The notes under the pieces were generated by a model. The model saw nothing but the letters and a program-made list of their open reading frames with translations. It did not search any database and was not told where the DNA came from. Both the position numbers and the translations under genes were made by a program. 64,000 nucleotides of DNA from Candidatus Nanopelagicales bacterium (GTDB lineage: Bacteria; Actinomycetota; Actinomycetes; S36-B12; JBBRLC01): assembly GCA_038244765.1 (NCBI GenBank), contig JBBRTC010000001.1, positions 629 through 64,628 on the forward strand, written 5' to 3'. Shown in pieces: positions 60,914 through 64,000 of the stretch (positions within the stretch are counted from its first letter, which is position 1; each line of letters starts with the position of its first letter).

Positions 60914-61915
60914 TTAGGCGGCATACGGCGCAAGATCGGTGGTGGTGCCACTCCCGGTGACATCGCCCGTGTAGCCCGCCCGTACGGCGCGACCCCCCAG
61001 CACCACGACGTAGGCGATAAAGCCAACCCACGCGCTGACTCCGATGCCGATGCGGATCCCCGTGGGTAGCCCCGACGGGGTCACGAAAGCTTCGATGACC
61101 CCCGACACGAACAACACGAGAACCAGTCCGATGGCAATCGTCGCCGCCGCGCGACCCTCCTCGGCCATGGCGACCGCGCGCGGCCGCCCGCCGGGGGCGA
61201 CGATGCACCAGCCAAGCCGCATCCCAGCCGCGGCGGCGAGAAACACCGCTGTCAATTCCAACAACCCGTGCGGGGCGATGAGGCCGAAGAAAACGTCGAG
61301 TCGACCCGCCGATGCCATCAGACCCGCCACCGCCGCAGTATTGAGAGCATTCGTCCATAGGACGTAGACCGCGGGCAAACACAGCATGGCGCCGAGGACT
61401 AGGACCATCGCGGCCAGCAATGCGTTGTTCGTCCACACCTGGGCCGCGAAAGAACTCGCCGGGCTCGACGTGTAGTAGTCGGCGAAGTCTTGGTTCACCA
61501 GCGATGACACTTCGTCAGGAGTGGCGATCGCATCTCGTACGTCTGGATTGGCGGCGATCCACCACGCGACGAGGGTGACCACGGCGATGAACAGAAGCCC
61601 AGTGACTAACCACCACCGGCCCGCGCGATAGGCCGCGGCGGGGAAACTCACCGCAAAGAAACGCCCGACGTCGGACCAGGTCGAGGTGTGAGCCCCCGTT
61701 ACCGCGGCGCGTGCTCGAGCGATTGACGACGACAGCGACGACACCAACGCCGGGTCAGGCGCTCCCGATCGCAAGGTGGACAGATCCGTGGAGGCTCGCT
61801 GATAAAGGTGGACGAGTTCGTCGACCTCGTGGGGCCTGAGTCGGCGCCTTGAGGCCAAGTCGTTGAGTCGCTGCCAATCCGGACGCCGACGTGCGACGAA
61901 CCCATCAAGATCCAC
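60914..61915 (-). CDS. SpoIIM-like (DUF95) integral membrane protein
   Basis: N-terminal FVARRRPDWQRLNDL...LYQRASTDLS followed by about 6 TM segments. Confidence 0.7.
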   Translation of the reverse strand: MDLDGFVARRRPDWQRLNDLASRRRLRPHEVDELVHLYQRASTDLSTLRSGAPDPALVSSLSSSIARARAAVTGAHTSTWSDVGRFFAVSFPAAAYRAGRWWLVTGLLFIAVVTLVAWWIAANPDVRDAIATPDEVSSLVNQDFADYYTSSPASSFAAQVWTNNALLAAMVLVLGAMLCLPAVYVLWTNALNTAAVAGLMASAGRLDVFFGLIAPHGLLELTAVFLAAAAGMRLGWCIVAPGGRPRAVAMAEEGRAAATIAIGLVLVLFVSGVIEAFVTPSGLPTGIRIGIGVSAWVGFIAYVVVLGGRAVRAGYTGDVTGSGTTTDLAPYAA

Positions 61916-61966
61916 CCGGGACAGTCCTTCCGTGCATCACGGCCTGGTAGCGGCGACACTAGCCCG

Positions 61967-62926
61967 ATGAGCACAGCAATGCCCGACCAACGCGGGCCAT
62001 TCGATGGATCCACGCCCCTAAGTCTCGGCGGCGATGTCGTCGTTGGTGAGGGCGTCATTCTCGATCTCCGATTGGCTCGTATCCCATCGCGATCGCTGGC
62101 TTTGCTCATCGACGTGTCGATTCAGTTCGCCGTCTTTTTCGCCTTGCTCGTTGGCTCGAGTTGGGTCGTGAGCGGTTTGGACGGCGCTTCGAGCGCTGCT
62201 TATGCGATTCTCTTGATCGTTGTCGTGTTGATTGTCATGCCGACCGTGATCGAGATGCTCTCCCACGGTCGCTCGGTCGGAAAGCTTGCGATGGGGTTGC
62301 GCGTTGTCCGAGACGACGGCGGTCCGGTGCGGTTTCGCCACTCTCTCGTTCGCGCGCTCGCCATGGTCTTCGCTGATCTGTGGATGACCTCAGGCGTCGT
62401 CGGGTTGCTCTGTTCGCTGACGTCGATCAAGGCGAAACGATTCGGCGATCACTTGGCCGGAACACTCGTCATTCGTGAGCGCATCCCCTCCGCTGCGTCG
62501 CCTGCTCTGGGTTTCATCCCTATGCCGCCACCGCTTGTTGGTTGGGCTGCGCGCTTGGATTTCACCGCGGTGTCCGACGCCTCGATGGCTGGGGCTCGCG
62601 CCTTCTTCTTCCGCGCCGCCGCTCTCGCGCCCGATGTACGCGCGCAGATGGGTGGCGACATCGCCGTCCGCCTATGCCAGCAGCTCGCCGTCGAGTACCC
62701 CGCGGGGGCGCCACCGGAAGCTGCGATTGCGGCGGTGCTCGCCGAGCGCGCGCGTCGCTCGTACCCCGCGACTACGCCACTTATGCCGATGACCGCTCAA
62801 CCATCAGTCCCCCAACCGACGGTCCTCCCACCGGGACCGCCTCCAATTCCACCGACTCCCCAGACTCCACCGAGTCCGACGCCGCCGGGCACTCCGCCCG
62901 ACGGTGGGTTCATCCCGCCGAGTTAG
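61967..62926 (+). CDS. RDD family membrane protein with a Pro-rich C-terminus
   Basis: RDD-domain layout (ARIPSRSLALLIDVSIQF...VVRDDG...). Tail reads PPGPPPIPPTPQTPPSPTPPGTPP. Confidence 0.75.
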   Translation: MSTAMPDQRGPFDGSTPLSLGGDVVVGEGVILDLRLARIPSRSLALLIDVSIQFAVFFALLVGSSWVVSGLDGASSAAYAILLIVVVLIVMPTVIEMLSHGRSVGKLAMGLRVVRDDGGPVRFRHSLVRALAMVFADLWMTSGVVGLLCSLTSIKAKRFGDHLAGTLVIRERIPSAASPALGFIPMPPPLVGWAARLDFTAVSDASMAGARAFFFRAAALAPDVRAQMGGDIAVRLCQQLAVEYPAGAPPEAAIAAVLAERARRSYPATTPLMPMTAQPSVPQPTVLPPGPPPIPPTPQTPPSPTPPGTPPDGGFIPPS

Positions 62927-62953
62927 GTACCCACAAACGGGTCCCCGCGAAAG

Positions 62954-64000
62954 TCAGTAGCGGTAGTGGTCACTCTTGTACGGCCCACCCACCGGGATTC
63001 CTAGGTAGTCGGCTTGCTCCGTGCTCAGTTCAGTGAGGTGTACGCCGAGTGCGTCAAGATGCAATCGCGCAACCTCTTCGTCCAGCGCCTTGGGGAGGAC
63101 GAAGACGCCAACGGGGTAGTTGGCCGTTTTCGTGTACAACTCAATCTGGGCCAACACTTGGTTGGTGAACGAATTCGACATGACGAACGACGGGTGTCCG
63201 GTGGCGTTGCCGAGGTTGAGCAGTCGACCCTCGCTGAGCAAGATGATCGAGTGTCCATCGGCGAAGGTCCATTCATCGACCTGTGGCTTGATGTTGACGT
63301 GAGTCACGTCGCTGGCCGTCATGAGGCCGGCCATGTCGATCTCATTGTCGAAGTGTCCGATGTTTCCGACGATCGCTTGGTGCTTCATGGCTCGCATGTG
63401 CTCTGCCGTGATGACGTCGTAGCAACCGGTCGCGGTGATGAAAATGTCCGCCTGCCCAACGACGTCGGCAAGTGTCGCAACCTGGAAGCCGTCCATCGCT
63501 GCTTGGAGCGCACAGATCGGATCAATTTCGGTCACGATGACGCGAGCGCCCTGGCCCCGGAGCGAGTCGGCGCAACCCTTTCCCACGTCCCCGTAGCCGC
63601 AGACGACCGCAACCTTGCCGCCAATCAGGACATCAGTCGCTCGGTTGATTCCATCGATTAGTGAGTGGCGGCAGCCGTACTTGTTGTCGAACTTGCTCTT
63701 CGTCACCGAATCGTTGACATTGATCGCGGGGAAAAGCAAAGCCTGGCTCTTGTGCATCTCGTAGAGGCGATGAACACCTGTTGTCGTTTCTTCGGTGACC
63801 CCCTTGATCGCCGAGGCGATCCGGGCCCAGCGAGTCGCATCTTCGGTGAGTGAGCGGGCCAGTACGCCGAGAATGACGCGGTACTCCTGTGAGTCAGAGT
63901 CGGTGGGGGCGGGCACCTCACCGGCCTTTTCGAACTCAACGCCCTTGTGCACCAGCAAAGTGGCATCGCCGCCGTCGTCGAGGATCATGTTTGGGCCGTC
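62954..64000 (-). CDS. ahcY: adenosylhomocysteinase, 3' part (N-terminus lies beyond the window end)
   Basis: [10 protein letters not shown]...GYGDVGKG (NAD-binding)...GHFDNEID...YRY C-terminus. The frame stays open to base 64000. Confidence 0.95.
   Translation of the reverse strand, partial: DGPNMILDDGGDATLLVHKGVEFEKAGEVPAPTDSDSQEYRVILGVLARSLTEDATRWARIASAIKGVTEETTTGVHRLYEMHKSQALLFPAINVNDSVTKSKFDNKYGCRHSLIDGINRATDVLIGGKVAVVCGYGDVGKGCADSLRGQGARVIVTEIDPICALQAAMDGFQVATLADVVGQADIFITATGCYDVITAEHMRAMKHQAIVGNIGHFDNEIDMAGLMTASDVTHVNIKPQVDEWTFADGHSIILLSEGRLLNLGNATGHPSFVMSNSFTNQVLAQIELYTKTANYPVGVFVLPKALDEEVARLHLDALGVHLTELSTEQADYLGIPVGGPYKSDHYRY

Overview
High-GC Actinomycetota chromosomal segment, almost entirely coding and built mostly from conserved housekeeping synteny. 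In order: a NodB deacetylase fragment, whiB, an aldo/keto reductase, pckG, an ABC exporter, then ssrA(tmRNA)-smpB-M23 peptidase-ftsX-ftsE-prfB on the minus strand. Next comes a Tad/Flp-type pilus locus of the mycobacterial Rv3654c-Rv3660c kind. It is split into two blocks, tadA-to-tadE-like at 19.6-24.4 kb and SAF-ssd plus a small HTH gene at 38.2-40.5 kb. About 13.8 kb lies between them: the large NAD-glutamate dehydrogenase, a WS/DGAT-patatin-pruA-esterase operon, a cupredoxin-like lipoprotein plus polytopic membrane protein, and a HAD hydrolase. The rest is secA, hpf, comF, lpqB-mtrB-mtrA, a DUF4129-DUF4350-MoxR-DUF58 / SpoIIM-like / RDD module, and the 3' part of ahcY. No CRISPR array, transposase, integrase, tRNA or rRNA was seen. 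The most notable observations are: (1) a diverged ~185-bp direct duplication of the prfB 5' end and its upstream region brackets a single opposite-strand gene (phosphoesterase + 3 PKD + malectin), which looks like an insertion scar. (2) The same TGTCCA-N5-TGGACA palindrome sits in front of both halves of the split Tad locus, next to a 73-aa HTH gene. (3) A candidate 6C-type sRNA with two hairpins carrying C-rich loops lies between ftsE and prfB. (4) A short repeat element occurs at two convergent gene ends, with its 18-mer core inverted between the copies. (5) The translationally coupled MoxR/DUF58/DUF4350/DUF4129 module has no known function. All calls come from reading the sequence and ORF translations by eye; no searches were run.
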